Source: Macrostomum lignano
Lineage: Eukaryota
Length of the DNA stretch: 64,000 bases
Direction of reading: 5' to 3'
Assembly: GCA_002269645.1 (NCBI GenBank)
Contig: NIVC01000212.1
Coordinates: forward strand, 496,001 to 560,000
Of this stretch, positions 37,468-51,707 are shown in pieces (the stretch's first letter is position 1; each line of letters starts with the position of its first letter). The notes beneath the pieces are model-generated. The model did no database searches. It worked only from the letters and a program-made list of their open reading frames with translations, and was not told the origin of the DNA. A program made the translations under genes and the position numbers.

Positions 37468-38370
37468 TCAGACAAGCTCTCCAGTGCGGCGCAGCAGAGT
37501 GACCTGATCTTGAATCTGTCCGGCCAACACCCGCGACAGAAATATGGCAGTCAGTTGCACAACTGACACAGCGATGGCCACGCCAGCCACCGGGATAACA
37601 TTGTTCTCGATGTACTTTCTAGTAGCTTCAACGCAACCGACAGTCCAGATTCGAGCTTCCGGCTGCTCAGTGTTGCGCGGATCGGTCACGTGATAGCCGC
37701 ACATAGTATTGATGACTCGATCGTCAATATCGTTCATCTTCTTGCAGCAGGAGAACGGCACGCCGCAGCGCTCCGGACTGGTGTTATTAGCGCTGCAGGC
37801 GAAGTATTTGTTATCGTTCCAGTCACGATAGGAGGCGGCGCCGCAGCAGGCCAAATTTTTGTGATACCAATCGATAAAGTTCTGCGTGTCCTCGTATCGC
37901 TCCTCTCGGTACATTGTGATCATGTTGGCCTTGAGTACGGTCTCAACGTATTCGATAGCTCGATCTTTCAGCACGAACACGGCTATCGCGGCGGCGCATT
38001 CGGCTAAGAAGATGACAAACAATGACAGGGCGAAGAACTTCAACAGGCAGGCATTGTCGCGCAGGGAGCCCAAACAGCCGGCAAAGGTTAGCAGGAAAAC
38101 GAGGGCGCCGAAAGCGATGAACACCAGGGTGGCGTCGAATATAACGCTGAATATGTCCTGGGGGTTTGCGAGTTCAATGCTCATCATTTTATCGGCGAAA
38201 CAGTGCGAATCTAGCTTCAAGTCCTCTGGCATAGACATCAATAGAATGGGACTGTTGTTTTATTTTTATCCGTTCCTGTATTAGTATAAATATTGCCTCT
38301 ATCCTCTACCCCTACCCTGCCTGTCGTCTATCTGTATCCATCTATCTATCTATCTATCTATCTATCTCTC

Positions 38371-38416
<46 letters not shown>

Positions 38417-38417
38417 C

Positions 38418-38508
<91 letters not shown>

Positions 38509-38514
38509 CATCTC

Positions 38515-38548
<34 letters not shown>

Positions 38549-38914
38549 CATCTAATCTATTATCTATCTATACATCTATCTTTGTCTAGTTCTCAAGTTT
38601 GGACCATATACCGGGTATTTCTCAACTCTATCTATCTAACTTTCTACTCTTTCCATTTATAATTTCACACAACCAGTTTTCACACTTTCAGATGCCACTT
38701 ATTATCAAGGCAGATGTGGCTTAACCAAATTCACCTTCACACCGCCGCTAGCCGAATCAAAGGCTTCCCTCTTCATGAACGCGGCGGCGACCCCGATGCC
38801 AAGGATTAGACTGCCAGCCAGCCAGAAGACAAAATTAAAGAAGAACAACGCGTACTTTATGCACGGATTAACAAAATTTGTTCTACGACCGCCACTGACA
38901 ATTGCACGGGGCAT
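37468..38914 (-). CDS. Tetraspanin of the TspanC8 (TSPAN5/17/Tsp26A-like) type; two exons (~38914-38735, ~38225-37468)
   Basis: NPCIKYALFFFNFVFWLAG; FAGCLGSLRDN; large loop CCG...DW..N.YF.C...ERCGVPFSCC...CG...GC (8 Cys). The exact junction is ambiguous by a few nt. Confidence 0.92.
38337..38580. repeat. (TCTA)n microsatellite in the tetraspanin intron
   Basis: Direct reading. Confidence 0.98.
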
Positions 38915-41900
38915 TGGTTGGCATTGCCGGCGCTGTCGCTTGGCGTTATTGTTGTTGCTGCCATGGCAACTAGGCTTGCCAGGCGGCGCTTGGTAACCAC
39001 GACGGTTCGGCTGAAATGAAATGGGATGATGCAGTGCGAGATTGGCTGGCCTGGCAGGTGATGCGATTGTGCTTTTGCTTTGCCTAAATTTCAAAACATT
39101 GAATCCAGTCCTGATAACAGTACTGAAAGTTTGTAAATTAAAAAGCTTAAAAAAACTAATGCTGTGAAATTTCAAATCTATATTTAGCACAAGTTAATCC
39201 CCAGTGAAAGAGAAACAAATCACTGCTCCCTGTATCTATTGCCTATAGTCTATGGTCAAAAGGTTCAACGAGTTCCTGATGTAATGCACAAAGACTATAA
39301 TTTGACATGATCTATTAAGTCCCCAAGTTTGGGTATCAAGACTTCTAGATTAACATAAAGACACTATAATCAATGTCTCAAATAGCTGCCTACACAGGAC
39401 TACAATAATTTTTCTATTAGAAAATGGGATTTTCAAGCATAAGGTCATATTTAGTCATATGACTTAATAATAGTCATTTAATTTTGTCATAAGCAAGAAG
39501 TTTCTAAATTAGGAATAGGGCATGTAATTGATCAACTTCTAGTTTATGAATAGGGTCTACTTACTTCACCAAGTGAGTTTTCTATGCTAGTTGGTTGGTA
39601 TGACATTTGAATAAAAATTTTATTTAAATAGTTATTGATGATCTCTATAATTTTTTACAATAATGGAATACACAAGGCAAATAGGCATAGTTAAATGATA
39701 TTAGATAAAAATTTGAAAGGCATTTTAATTATATTGTCATTGTTATTACCAATAGCTTATAGGCTAAAGCTAGTATCATATGCCATAGGTTCTATAAAAA
39801 TATACTAAAAGTTTTAATATATAAATAAGTTGAAAACTAAGACTAAGTCCACAAAGCCAAGGAATATAACAATAAAACAAATACATTCTACCATTTTTGT
39901 TAAAAATAAGGCACTATTAGAAATCTATGGTTTAAAATCTATACAAAAATAAGACTAGATAACAATAGGAATAATAAATATCATCTTAACTTCTATATCT
40001 TTATATTGATAGGCTATAAATTTAAGACATTTACAATCAATAACTTAAATACTATAAAAATAGTATAAGTTATTGATAAAATTCTAAACTTGAAGAAAAA
40101 TCAGTTAAAAATAGCAAAATTGAGGTGGTACTCAAATTTGGGACCTATATAGGCCATATATATATCAAGATGCAGAATTTTCCTAGGAAACAAATAACTA
40201 TTTTAATGTTTACTAGGCCTATACTATATATTTGCTATATCTTTTAGAATTATATTTTTATTTAAAAAAGTAAGAAAAAAGCATAGGAATAAAAAACTAA
40301 GTCTAAACAAATATAACATTTAGTTTAAATGACTTTTTGACTTATTATTGACCCCCTACAATAGAGTCTTTGCATGACAATTTTGGAACAAAAATCAAAC
40401 TCTATAGTCTGGAAGATGGCCTTTATGCCAGAAAATTCCAGCATATTGTTTCCCTTGGTGACAATCTTGACATAGGCCTACACTTGGCATATAGAATTTT
40501 CAAGTTCAACATGAAGTGTTGACAGTTGACAGTTGGGAATTAATGTGGCTTGAAACATTAGATTTGTCTTTAGCACAAAGTCTCTGACTATTAGTCAGGT
40601 GGGTAGACTCAGTCAGTGGTCAGTTAGCCAGGATGAAATTAATCCCAAAAACAAATAACGCATTTTGCACGAAAAAAAATAATTAAGAGTGCGCAAAGCT
40701 CCATTCAATTTTTTTTGCCCTAAGCTAGGCCTATAATAGAGCTTTAGTAAATTAATATTGGCGCTAGTGTTAGAATAGCTACATTTAAATCCAACAATAA
40801 GTCCAATACAACATTAGACTTGTACTGGCATTCTACATGCATGTAAATGCACTAAGGACTACTAAGCACGATCTTAAGAATCGAAGGACGGGAAACCTCG
40901 TTTCTTAGAAAATTTTGCGAGGCAGGTTTTTTGAAAAATATACTATAGAGATAGCAAGTTTTCATTTTTTCAGCACAAAATTTGTTGTTGCTTACGATAT
41001 AGAAGGCAGACTCAATGTTCATCTTTTGCTATGTTCTGTCTTATAGCTCTATCAGGGGCGGATTTAGGGGGGGGGGCAGTGGCGTACGCAGGGGGGGGGG
41101 GGGGGCCGCGGCCCCCCCAATCGCCCGCCAAAAAAATTATGCCCTCCCCCCACAAAAATTGCGCCCCCACAAAAATTCCCCCCCCACAAAAATTGCGCCC
41201 CCACAAAAATTGCCCCCCCCACAAAAATTGCGCCCCCACAAAAATTGCCCCCCCCTATAAAAATTGCGCCCCCACAAAAATTGCCCCCCCCCCTCACAAA
41301 AATTGCGCCCCCACAAAAATTGCCCCCTCCCCAGGGAGCGGCAGAGCCTAATATTTTAGGGGGGCACTGGGCACAGAGCAAGGGGGGCACAGCACAGGTA
41401 CCTTTATACTCGTATAAGCTGCTAATTAGGGCCTAAAATCAGAAAAAGCACTAAAAATTACCGCCCGTGCGGTAAACGTGCCCCCGGTGCCGCAAGCTCC
41501 CGCCCCCCATCCCCCCACAAAAATTTTTAAAAATTGCGCCCCGACAAAAATTGCCCCTTAAAAAATTGCGCCCCCACAAAAATTGCGCCCCTCCAACAAC
41601 GAAACGACTGGATATAAGCTGGATGAATGACAGGGGCGCCCATCTAAAGGACACGGACGCCCATTTAAGAGACAAGGGCGCACACGTAAGATACAGGGTG
41701 CCCACCCACCAAAAGACAGGCGCCCACCAAGAGATAGTTAATTTTGTTTTTGTAATACGTGCGTATGAATGAAACAAATATCATGAAGATATGATAATGT
41801 AGATTCTAATCATTTACTGAAAATTCCCTACCTTCATTCTATTACTAGCAGAAAAAACTAAATTTTTAAGAACTTTGCAAATAACTAGCTGTTCAATTCT

Positions 41901-42006
41901 CGCTTTCTATATGCATGCTTGTACTTGGCGTCAGTCAGAATGTACACATTTTTTCTAACATCAATTGAATAAGTTTGGCAAATAGTCAACACTCCACTGA
42001 ATTTAA

Positions 42007-44054
42007 CAGTAGGAATACCAAGCCATTATTCCGCCCGTCGAACTACCAAGAGGGGAGGAAAAATTCCCCCCCCCCCTGACAATTTTTTTGCTGCGCCGGA
42101 ACGGAGCAACGCAGGCACACGAAATTCAAGAACACGCGCTAACTTTTTGTTGCGCACCTTCTCAAACAAGAATCAAGTCGCCAGCCCTCCGGACCGTCGA
42201 GATATTCGACGATTCTGCCAGAAGGTCGGATTTTTCCCATAAGCGCTAGTGTATTCAGTACACCCCTGTGCGCCAATCAGCACTGCGCCTCAGTGCAGCC
42301 TTGCCAAGTCTCCAAATTTCATCAGCACGTCGACCACATGTGTCTGCATCAGTTCTGACTTCGTTGGTCACTAGCCTTCACCCAGGTGGAGCTTCTGGAC
42401 CCTCAACAGCTGTGGCACCAGGTGACTATGGACACCCTGATGCGGATTTCTCTAGTTTCGCCGATCAAGCCTCGACAGTGGGCAAGAATCAGCCGCCAGA
42501 CATTCTCAGCTAGTCTCTCAAGCATTCCGTCATCATTCCGACGCCGTCGGCTCCTTCAACAGATTACACCAGGTGACTATGGACAGCCTGATAAGAATTT
42601 CTCTAGTTTCGCTGATCAAGCCTCGACAGTGGGCAAAAATCAACTGCTGGACATCTTCAGCTAGTCATTCAAGCATTCAGCCATCACCCCGACGCCGTCG
42701 GCACCTTCAACAGGTGGCACCAGGTGACTATGAAGATCCTGTTGGAACTATGTCAGATTTTTCTTATCACGCTTCAATAATGGGCAAATCTCCACTGCCG
42801 GACATTCTCAGCTAGTCTCTCGAGCCTTCAGTCATCATCCCGACGCCGTCGGCACCTTCAACAGATTACACCAGGTGACTATGGACACCCTGATGCTGAT
42901 TTCTCTAGTTTCGCCGATCAAGCCTCGACAGTGGGCAAGCCTCAACTTCTGAAAACCCTCAGCTAGTCTTTCGAGCCTTCCGTCACCACCCCGACGCCGT
43001 CAGCACCTTCAACAGATTGCACCAGGTGACTATGGACATCCTGTTGCAAATATGTCAGATTTTTCTTATCAAGCTTCAATAATGGGCAAACCTCAACCCA
43101 CGGACATTGTCAGCTAGTCTCTCGAGCCTTCCGTCACCACCCCGACGCCGTCGGCACCTTCAACAGGTGGCACCAGGTGAGTAAGGACACCTGAGCGTGA
43201 TTTTTCATCATGCGCTTAACATTTTAAAGCTCTCAAAATTTTTTAAGCACGGACATTGCTATAGTTAAGCTTGAACTCATGTTGCTGTATATTTATATTA
43301 TTATTGGGTTCTTATATTATAGTTCAATAAACTAAACAGCTTGTCAAATAAAGTATGTATGTAGCTCGTATGTATAAAAGTATGTGTAATAATAATATAC
43401 AATGACAATGTCCGTGGGTTGAGGTTTGCCCATTATTGAAGCTTGATAAGAAAAATCTGACATATTTGCAACAGGATGTCCATAGTCACCTGGTGTAATC
43501 TGTTGAAGGTGCTGACGGCGTCGGGGTGGTGACGGAATGCTTGAGAGACTAGCTGAGAATGTCTGGCGGCTGATTCTTGCCCACTGTCGAGGCTTGATCG
43601 GCGAAACTAGAGAAATCCGCATCAGGGTGTCCATAGTCACCTGGTGCCACAGCTGTTGAGGGTCCAGAAGCTCCACCTGGGTGAAGGCTAGTGACCAACG
43701 AAGTCAGAACTGATGCAGACACATGTGGTCGACGTGCTGATGAAATTTGGAGACTTGGCAAGGCTGCACTGAGGCGCAGTGCTGATTGGCGCACAGGGGT
43801 GTACTGAATACACTAGCGCTTATGGGAAAAATCTGACCTTCTGGCAGAATCGTCGAATATCTCGACGGTCCGGAGGGCTGGCGACTTGATTCTTGTTTGA
43901 GAAGGTGCGCAACAAAAAGTTAGCCCGTTTTCTTGAATTTCGTGTGCCTGCGTTGCTCCGTTCCGGCGCAGCAAAAAAATTGTCAGGGGGGGGGAAATTT
44001 TTCCCCCCCTCTTGGTAGTTCGACGGGCGGAAAAATGGCTTGGTATTCCTACTG
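42007..44054. mobile_element. Foldback element with TTAA TSD, >500-bp inverted arms and 151-bp internal tandem repeats
   Basis: TTAA|CAGTAGGAATACCAAGCC ... GGCTTGGTATTCCTACTG|TTAA; CACCAGGTGA recurs at 42416, 42567, 42718, 42869, 43020, 43171. Confidence 0.9.
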
Positions 44055-44334
44055 TTAACACAGAGAGGGCACGCATGGTCTGCGTGGCTGTTTTAGTGCA
44101 GGCAAATGGGTGGGCCTAACATTAAATATCTATGATAAGTTTGTAATAGCATATCAGCGTTTTGAACGCTGATACGGAATTTGGCCAATCCCGGGATCAG
44201 AAAAATACAGATTTTTAGGCTTCTGGGTTGAAATTTTAAGGCGCTAAACGTATTTTTACTAAACGCATTAATCAAATTCAACCTATCGAATCGAGAATGC
44301 ATTTGAGAGCGTAGTCGGGACTCCGGACGGATTC

Positions 44335-44838
44335 ATGTCGACAAAAAGAAAATTATCTGGAGCTGAAGGTAGAAGAAATAAACGTGCTCGATTGCTCAAA
44401 GACAGCGCAAAGGAGAGCGCCCAGATCCGACAGTTTTTTTCAAGTCGTTCAGATGATAAAGGCGACAAGGCTAGACAAGCCATCACAGCTGCTTCAAGCA
44501 CCACCCTCTGCGAGCAAGACAATCCAACCGCTTCAGCTGCCGCCCTTGACGTCGGCGGCGCCCCAGACAATCCAACCGCTTCAGCTGCCGCCCTTGACGT
44601 CGGCGGCGCCCCAGACAATCCAGCCGCTTCAGCTGCCGCCCTTGACGTCGGCGGCGCCCCAGACAATCCAGCCGCTTCAGCTGCCGACCTTGACGTCGGC
44701 GGCGCCCCAGACAATGTAGCCGCTTCAGCGGCCGCCCCCCCCCCCCCCCAAAATAGCTTAGCCGAACATATTGCGCCCCCCAAAAAACCTAAATTTGCGC
44801 CCCTAAGCTTGATTTTTCGCCCCCAAACGCCTTTTTAG
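44335..44838 (+). pseudogene. N-terminal remnant of a hAT/ZMYM-like transposase with 48-bp repeats
   Basis: MSTKRKLSGAEGRRNKR start is typical of such proteins; (DNPTASAAALDVGGAP)x4; lies inside hAT TIRs. Confidence 0.5.
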
Positions 44839-46821
44839 CGCACCTAAGCTTGATTTTTGGCCCCCTTCGCGCTTTTTTTGCGCCACCTAGCTTAAAAATT
44901 GGCGCCCCTTACACTCGTGTTGGCGCCCCTTACACTCGTGTTGGCGCCCAAAACTTGGACCGCCCACCCCCCCCCAAAATGAAACTCTGGATCCACCACT
45001 GAGCTCTATCGATATTCCTAAAGCTTTTAAACAGTCAGCTAAGAATCGCAAAATTAGATCCAAAGTGTGTGCATTTCAGTTACTGCTTCTCGTACATTTT
45101 AACAAATGTAACAAATACGCTCCACAATTCTAAGCCTAATTTTAACTAATCGTACATTTTTGCAGATGAATTTTAACACATTAAAGTTTAAGACGTGAAA
45201 TTATAACTATAATCAATATATTGTGACTGTCGCCTTTTTGATCTGTCATCAAGTTTTGTGGGGCAAAACTGTTGTTAAGTTCGCCAAGATCGAAGGGCCC
45301 ACCTAAAACCGGAGAGGTTCCCGGTCGAGCGACAGCCGTTATTGTATTTGGCTTTTGCGCTTGTAGTGTCAAAAACTGCATGTCGAACTCGAGTTTAACT
45401 CGATCATCTCCTCTGAACTTATGATGAGGACGCACTTTTTCCCAAATCCCGCGCTAGCACATGGGCTCGAAACTTACTAGCCTACTAACAGTGGGCGATG
45501 GGCATTTTTATCCTTTTTCTGCGAATTGTCATGGAATCTATACTAGATATAATGTCTGGTCATACTAGTAGTCATAATAGCATAGGCATTGCTTTTTGGG
45601 TCATAAATCATCGCTTTCGAAGCTGGTCTGACAGCCACCTGCGCCTCACTCAGTGTTGAGACGGGCGCCAGATGGTCTGAGAGGATGCGGGCGATAGCTT
45701 TTTTCTCATCATTTTGACAGGCCATCAAGATTTATGAGGTCAGAGCCTATTGTTCGGATTCACTCAAGCGTGTGACAGCTTTGACAGCTATGCGTTTTAC
45801 CCCTAAAAGTACCTTGGGATTAGCAATTAGCAATTTCTCTTCATTATCTTCACTTTCTATTTAATAAGAGCTTTCTAATGTATATTTTTTCATTAATTTC
45901 TGTCAATTCTACGCGAAAAGTCATAAATCATTTTGTTGCGATTTTGAGTGATTTATGGCCGCACCTGTCATCTTTTTACGACCCTGTGGGAACTGATAGG
46001 ATCTCTCGGTCACGTGATTCTGGGTAGCAACAAGCTTAGCCAATCAGAAAATTCGACGCTCATTTTAACAAAACGGCACAGCCAATCAGAATCGACGTGT
46101 TCCATTATAACAAACTGCGGTCCAGTTGGCGGCTATTTAAACCGGAGTTTTTGGCCCGCTCGGACGGTTACTGGCTTGGAACTTGCGCTCACCTCCTGGG
46201 AACTTGGCCTAGCTTGAGACCTCCCGGAGCCTGACCGTCGTTTCTTGATCCCCGGATTGCGACTTCCCCCCCCCCCCATCATCATCAAGGACGAGTCCCC
46301 CGGTCATCAGCAGCGAACATCAAGTGAAGAGCATCACCTGCTAGCTAACAGCGAAGATTGTGACAGCATCATCCCGAGTCTACAGCTGCAGAGCATCAAG
46401 CCGATTCGGTCACTGTGGATTACCTGGTCTCCGGCTGTTGAGTTTCTGATTGGTTGGGTGAGAGGCTACCTAGACTTGCTTGATTGGGTGATTCCCTGTC
46501 TGTCCCCTGTTTCAGTAGCTGAATTAGGCGCACACTTTTGCTCATTTTGTTCAGTAGTGCTGTTACTGAGGCAGAAATCACTTAATAATACTGCTAGTAG
46601 TCTGAAACTCCAATTCGATCTGAGGTGTGAAGTGATCTAAGGAGAAGGTTAAATCTAACAGTTATTTTTATCGGTTTTATTTCTTTGTTCGCCGATGGCT
46701 CAGATGAGTAGCTAAGCTAGTAGAGGCGCCGGTCACAGCGGACCAATGGCAAGGCGGTTCTCAGTCGATCAATCTTTCAAATCAGTGAGCAAAACTGCCA
46801 GAAGTTTTGTGAGTGAGAACT

Positions 46822-46968
46822 CACTCACTCACTCACTCACTCACTCACTCACTCACTCACTCACTCACTCACTCACTCACTCACTCACTCACTCACTCAC
46901 TCACTCACTCACTCACTCACTCACTCACTCACTCACTCACTCACTCACTCACTCACTCACTCACTCAC
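46822..46968. repeat. (CACT)n microsatellite
   Basis: Direct reading. Confidence 0.98.
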
Positions 46969-48249
46969 TTACAAAGTTATAAAAGCAACATATGAATTGA
47001 CTCAGTTAATGCTAATATGAATATCTTTTTACTCACCGGGCATTTCGCGTTTTGGCTTTAAAATTATTGTTGTGCTCAAACGGCTGATGCGAAATGGATT
47101 GTTGAGCTCTCCGAGGGTTTTCAACAATGGCAGCGCCTATTTATGTTGCAGTGCAAGACTGTTTTGCACTTGGTCATGCGGCTTTATAAATAGAGACTGT
47201 ACATTTGAGCCCCATGAATAAGCAATGTATAGCAGTTGAAATGACAAAATTTGGCTAAATTCACGATAAGAAACACACTTGGACACTCCCCCCGTACCAT
47301 GGGCATGGACAACTGAATTGGAAGAAAGCCACACTTTCTTAGTTTTTTAGAGATGCGTTTGGAGAGCAAATTTCTCTATCTCCCTAGAGAAATGCATAGC
47401 GATGAATGGGGTTTCACCATTGACAAATTTAGTCGAGGAAAATCTACGTTTGAAATATCCGATTTGACAAAGGAATTCTATAATTACCATCTGGAGTGGA
47501 AAGAGAAAATGCTAAAATTTAATTCTCTACGAGAACACGTGAGGCCAGCATTTTTCGCATATCATTTCATTCGTATCAGCGTTTCTTGTTGATAAATTTC
47601 TTATAAATGTACGCAAAATTGTTTTGTTAGTTTGAATCCAGGTTTTCTACTCAAAACTAGTTTCCACTCCAGATGCTAGTTATAGAACTCCTTGGGTTAA
47701 AGTGACTTCCGTTTTCGCAACCACTTTAAAGTCACTTTCCAGAAGGGGTTATTGCCATAGATTTATATTTTTCGGGATTTAAGAAACCTTACCAGACTCC
47801 ATGCCATTTCTAAGAAATAAAGTGTAGCGACTTCTACTTCAGCTGTCCATGACCATGACATGAACTTACTATTAAGGCCTCAGTGACCTAGCAAGTTAGA
47901 ACGTGCAAATATTATCAGATTCACCTGCTAGTTTACCGCAGGTTGGTTGCACTCTAAAATTCTGCGAATTAGCAAGGTACAAACCATATCAACCAACTAG
48001 TGAGAACACTTATGCGACACTTCGTCTAATTAAAGAGCTTATTCCCTTTCGAAGACCTGACTTTACTTTGAAGCGCATTAGCGAAAAAGAAAATCGTCAG
48101 TTTTTACGTAAAACAAAAAAGCCAGTTTTGAAAAAAAAGTTGAAATTTCAAAGTAAAGCCTGCATGTGCCTGCAGTTTAGAGGCTGGATTGAAAAGTTCA
48201 CCTTTTTGAATGCTTTCACTGTGCATCTCGAGGAACAGTGTTGTATTGT

Positions 48250-48600
48250 AGGTCACTGACCCATTTGTGTCGTAGTGCTACCGGTATGTCACTGCCTCAT
48301 CTGTGTCTGTTTGGCAGGTCACTGACTCATCTGTGTCTGTTTGGCAGGTCACTGACTCACCTGTGTCTGTTTGGCAGGTCACTGACTCACCTGTGTCCGT
48401 TTGGCAGGTCACTGACTCATCTGTGTCTGTTTGGCAGGTCACTGACTCACCTGTGTCTGTTTGGTATGTCACTGACTCATCTGTATCTGTTTGGCAGGTC
48501 ACTGACTCATCTGTGTCTGTTTGGCAGGTCACTGACTTATCTGTGTCTGTTTGGCAGGTCACTGACTCATCTGTGTCTTTTCCTAGGCCACTGACCCATT
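48250..48600. repeat. 30-bp minisatellite (GGTCACTGACTCATCTGTGTCTGTTTGGCA)n
   Basis: ~11 units. Confidence 0.95.
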
Positions 48601-49224
48601 TGATCAGATTGAATTCAGATATTTTTTCTTTGAATATATGTTTCGATTTTTCAGCTCGGCTCAAAGCTTCATTATTTTATCCTTCGCTCTGGTGAGCAGC
48701 CAAACGACCACTTTGAAAGTGTAGCCATGGTAAAAGAAGCTGGCATATTGAATTACTTTCTACTGTACCTTCGCTACGTCGATATCTTCATCATTCTTCT
48801 AATCTGTAATCCGAGTGAGGTTCGCAAGCTGCTTAGCTTGAGCTTCAGATCCGGGATCTGCCCCGGATAGCAATCGCCGCCGCCCCCAACGAGCCCAAGA
48901 CCCCGAGCGAGGCCCTCGGTGTCGGGTCTCAAAGCGGTTGGCTCGTTTGAATTGAAACCGCATGTATCCATCGAAAAGAGATTCCTAAATACTATCAAGC
49001 TACATATACAGGTTGAGCCCAGTCATCTCTGGTTTCCGATGGGGTTAAATGATCTGCATTTTTAGCTGAAATAAGATTAATTTGCTTCTTGGGCTAATTT
49101 TCCAGCCTGCCGATGCTACGACCAGTGCAAATTTCAGTGTCTTTGACTGTGCAAGACTGCTCATGGTGGCATGAGCAGCAAGGATTGAAAAAGAATACTA
49201 TTGTCAGTTCAGAAAACCTTTTTG

Positions 49225-49630
49225 GTTGGTCACTGACCCATCTGTGTCTATTTCTAGGTCACTGACCCATCAGTGCCATCAGTGTATTTTCCTAGGTCAT
49301 TGACCCATCAGTGTCTTCCTAGGTCACTGATCCATCAGTGTCTTTGCCTAGATCACTGACCCATCTATGTCTATTTCTAGGTCACTGCCCCATCTGTGTC
49401 TATTTCTAGGTCACTTCCCCATCTGTGTCTATCTCTAGGTCACTGCCCCAACTGTGTCTATTTCTAGGTCACTGACAGAGGAGAGGAGAGCAGGGAGGAG
49501 AGAGGAGATGAGGTGGAGAAAGAAGAGGAGAGGAGAAGAGAGAATAGAAGAGAAGTGAGGAGAGAAGAGTAAGAAGAGGGGAGAGGAGAGGAGAGGATAG
49601 AAGAGGAGAAAAACAAGACGAGAGGAGAGA
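49225..49630. repeat. Related 29-bp minisatellite followed by a GA-rich tract
   Basis: GGTCACTGACCCATCTGTGTCTATTTCTA units, then GAGGAGA-type repeats at 49478-49630. Confidence 0.9.
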
Positions 49631-49742
49631 TTCGACAAGGGAGCTGAGAAGACACAAACATCGAACGGGCCGGATTGCTATTGTGAAGTTTCAAAGGACC
49701 CGAGGACCGGAGTTTACCGCGTCCGTCACGTCACAGTCGATG

Positions 49743-49808
49743 CGAGCTTGCGCGGAATCGAACCCATGGTCGTTAGCGCGGGAGTTAGACGCTGAGCTAC
49801 TCTGCTAA
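49743..49808 (-). mobile_element. tRNA-like SINE head remnant
   Basis: Minus strand TAGCAGAGTAGC...GGGTTCGATTCC (A/B-box-like). Confidence 0.45.
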
Positions 49809-51707
49809 AATTTGCATTGTACATTTTCAGAAATTGGATGATAAAAATTTTCGTCCCCAGACTAGCAATCCAGATAGTATATATTATCCTTGGTTGATCT
49901 CATCAGCAAAGTTATTGCTATGTCTTTAGAAGATCGAGCACGCATTTTGAGGGAGCTATTTATATAAATCCCAAAGGGCCGAAAGCTTTATAAAAGGGTT
50001 ATAAAAGGTTTATTATAACGGATTGATAAAAATAGTTCCCCAAAACACATGTTCTATCTCATGTACTGTAAAACCTAGACAACGATTTTCCAGAGAGATA
50101 TTGAGTATAGTCGATAAAATCCCTTAAATGGATATGTCTAGGAAAACGTCACATTTAAAAGGATTCGTCCTTGCTGAATTTTATCTGCAGTGAAAGTCCT
50201 TACGAAAAAAACCCCGAGAAAACAACTTCTCGCAAGAAAATTTTAAATCAATCTGGAACAGAACGCGTACCTGCTTTGCAATTCTTACAGAAAATATTAG
50301 CAAAAAAAGCGTTCTTTCACTTTGATTGTCTTGGTCGACAGCCCCCCCCCCGGACAAATGACGAAGTCCCGAATCTGATATAGGCGGGAGAATCGGAAGC
50401 ATGCATGGACCATGAGAACGTAGAAAATATCAATCCATTTTTACAAAACTTCGGGCAACACAAGACTGACTCATCGTATCTCCCTCCCTCTCTCTCGCTT
50501 CTTTGCTTTGTCTCCACGGTGCAGAAATGTGAGGTTTCCAATCGTCTTTCGATCCGTTTTTTCTCTTCCTTTTCTGCTCCCGAGCAGCCAATCAGGGCCC
50601 GAGAAGTGCAGCATCCAAGCCACTCCACTGTGGCATAAATTCCACACTTTCTGTCCGAGAAGACTTTGAACACTTTGCGATAGCTGCTTTGTTTGCTCAA
50701 TTTTTTGGACAGCCATCGATTCATAAAATAAAGTGAGTCAATTTAGTTCTTTGGTACCTTGATTACTTTTTTCTTACCATGTCCTTGAAGACGTAAGACT
50801 CCTTTCGCGTACTAATGATTAATTATTCATCTTATTCTACTTAAAACGTGTTAGTAAATGGACTTTTGACAGCGAGACCTAAGAGACACTAGGAGATTTT
50901 CCCGAGTATTTACCAGAGCTACTAGTAAACACAGTACGCTCGTACTTAATAGATCATTGTCAAAGTGTAATTGTGTTTTATAAAATTAAATCGTAGAAGT
51001 CATTGTTGGTGTGTAGCTAGCCCTTCAACTGCAATTGTGCATTAGCTCGTATTGTCAAATCGATTTCCCGGGCTAAAAGGTTTTCCATTATTGACTAATG
51101 AGACTGCAGAAAATATCTTTGCAGAAAATAGGATTTCATCAATAATTAAGCCAGGGATAAGTAGAATTTCGGCAGCGGCCATGTCTGATTGCTCAAGACA
51201 AAAGAGTCAGAAAAAAAACTGCTACCAACTTCAAAAGAACCGGTACGAATTGATTAATTTTTTAGTCAGATTAATCTGACTTTCATGTCAGGCAGAGAAA
51301 TCCGTTCGAATGAAACTCAAGTCTTATAGGCATTATACTCTAAGGCTATCATTTTAGCGAAATAGCTGGTACAGACAGACTGCATCGCTATATTGAAGCA
51401 TCATCTTAGAGTAACGCTGAGATTTGCATCTGATTTCGTGTACATGTCTGACGATTAATTAGGAAGTCAGTGTAAGCGTGTGTATGTGCTCAAGAGTCTG
51501 AACTGCCTCAGCGTTGTAGTTGGGAAGATATCGCCAAAGGCGTTTGCGCCAGGGTTTGATTCAGAGCTTATCACGGATGTTTTAGAGGTGTTCGATTGTT
51601 TCCTTTTTAAGTGAATTATTTATGCATGTAAATAATTTACTTTCGAATCTCCCGTGTTGCCCAACTATCTATATAAACTGCTGCCCTTCCAGACTCCGAG
51701 AACCAGC

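Larger units (their letters stand above)
41053..45001. mobile_element. hAT-type non-autonomous composite element
   Basis: 8-bp TSD AGCTCTAT at 41045-41052 and 45002-45009; ends CAGGGGCGGATTT / GGATCCACCACTG. Contains 17-18-bp AAAAATTGCGCCCCCAC repeats and ORF 44335-44838. Confidence 0.85.

Noticed and set aside
46100-46720. Promoter/LTR-like or LINE 5'-UTR segment with TATTTAAA
   Set aside because: No boundaries, TSD or associated ORF that I could support
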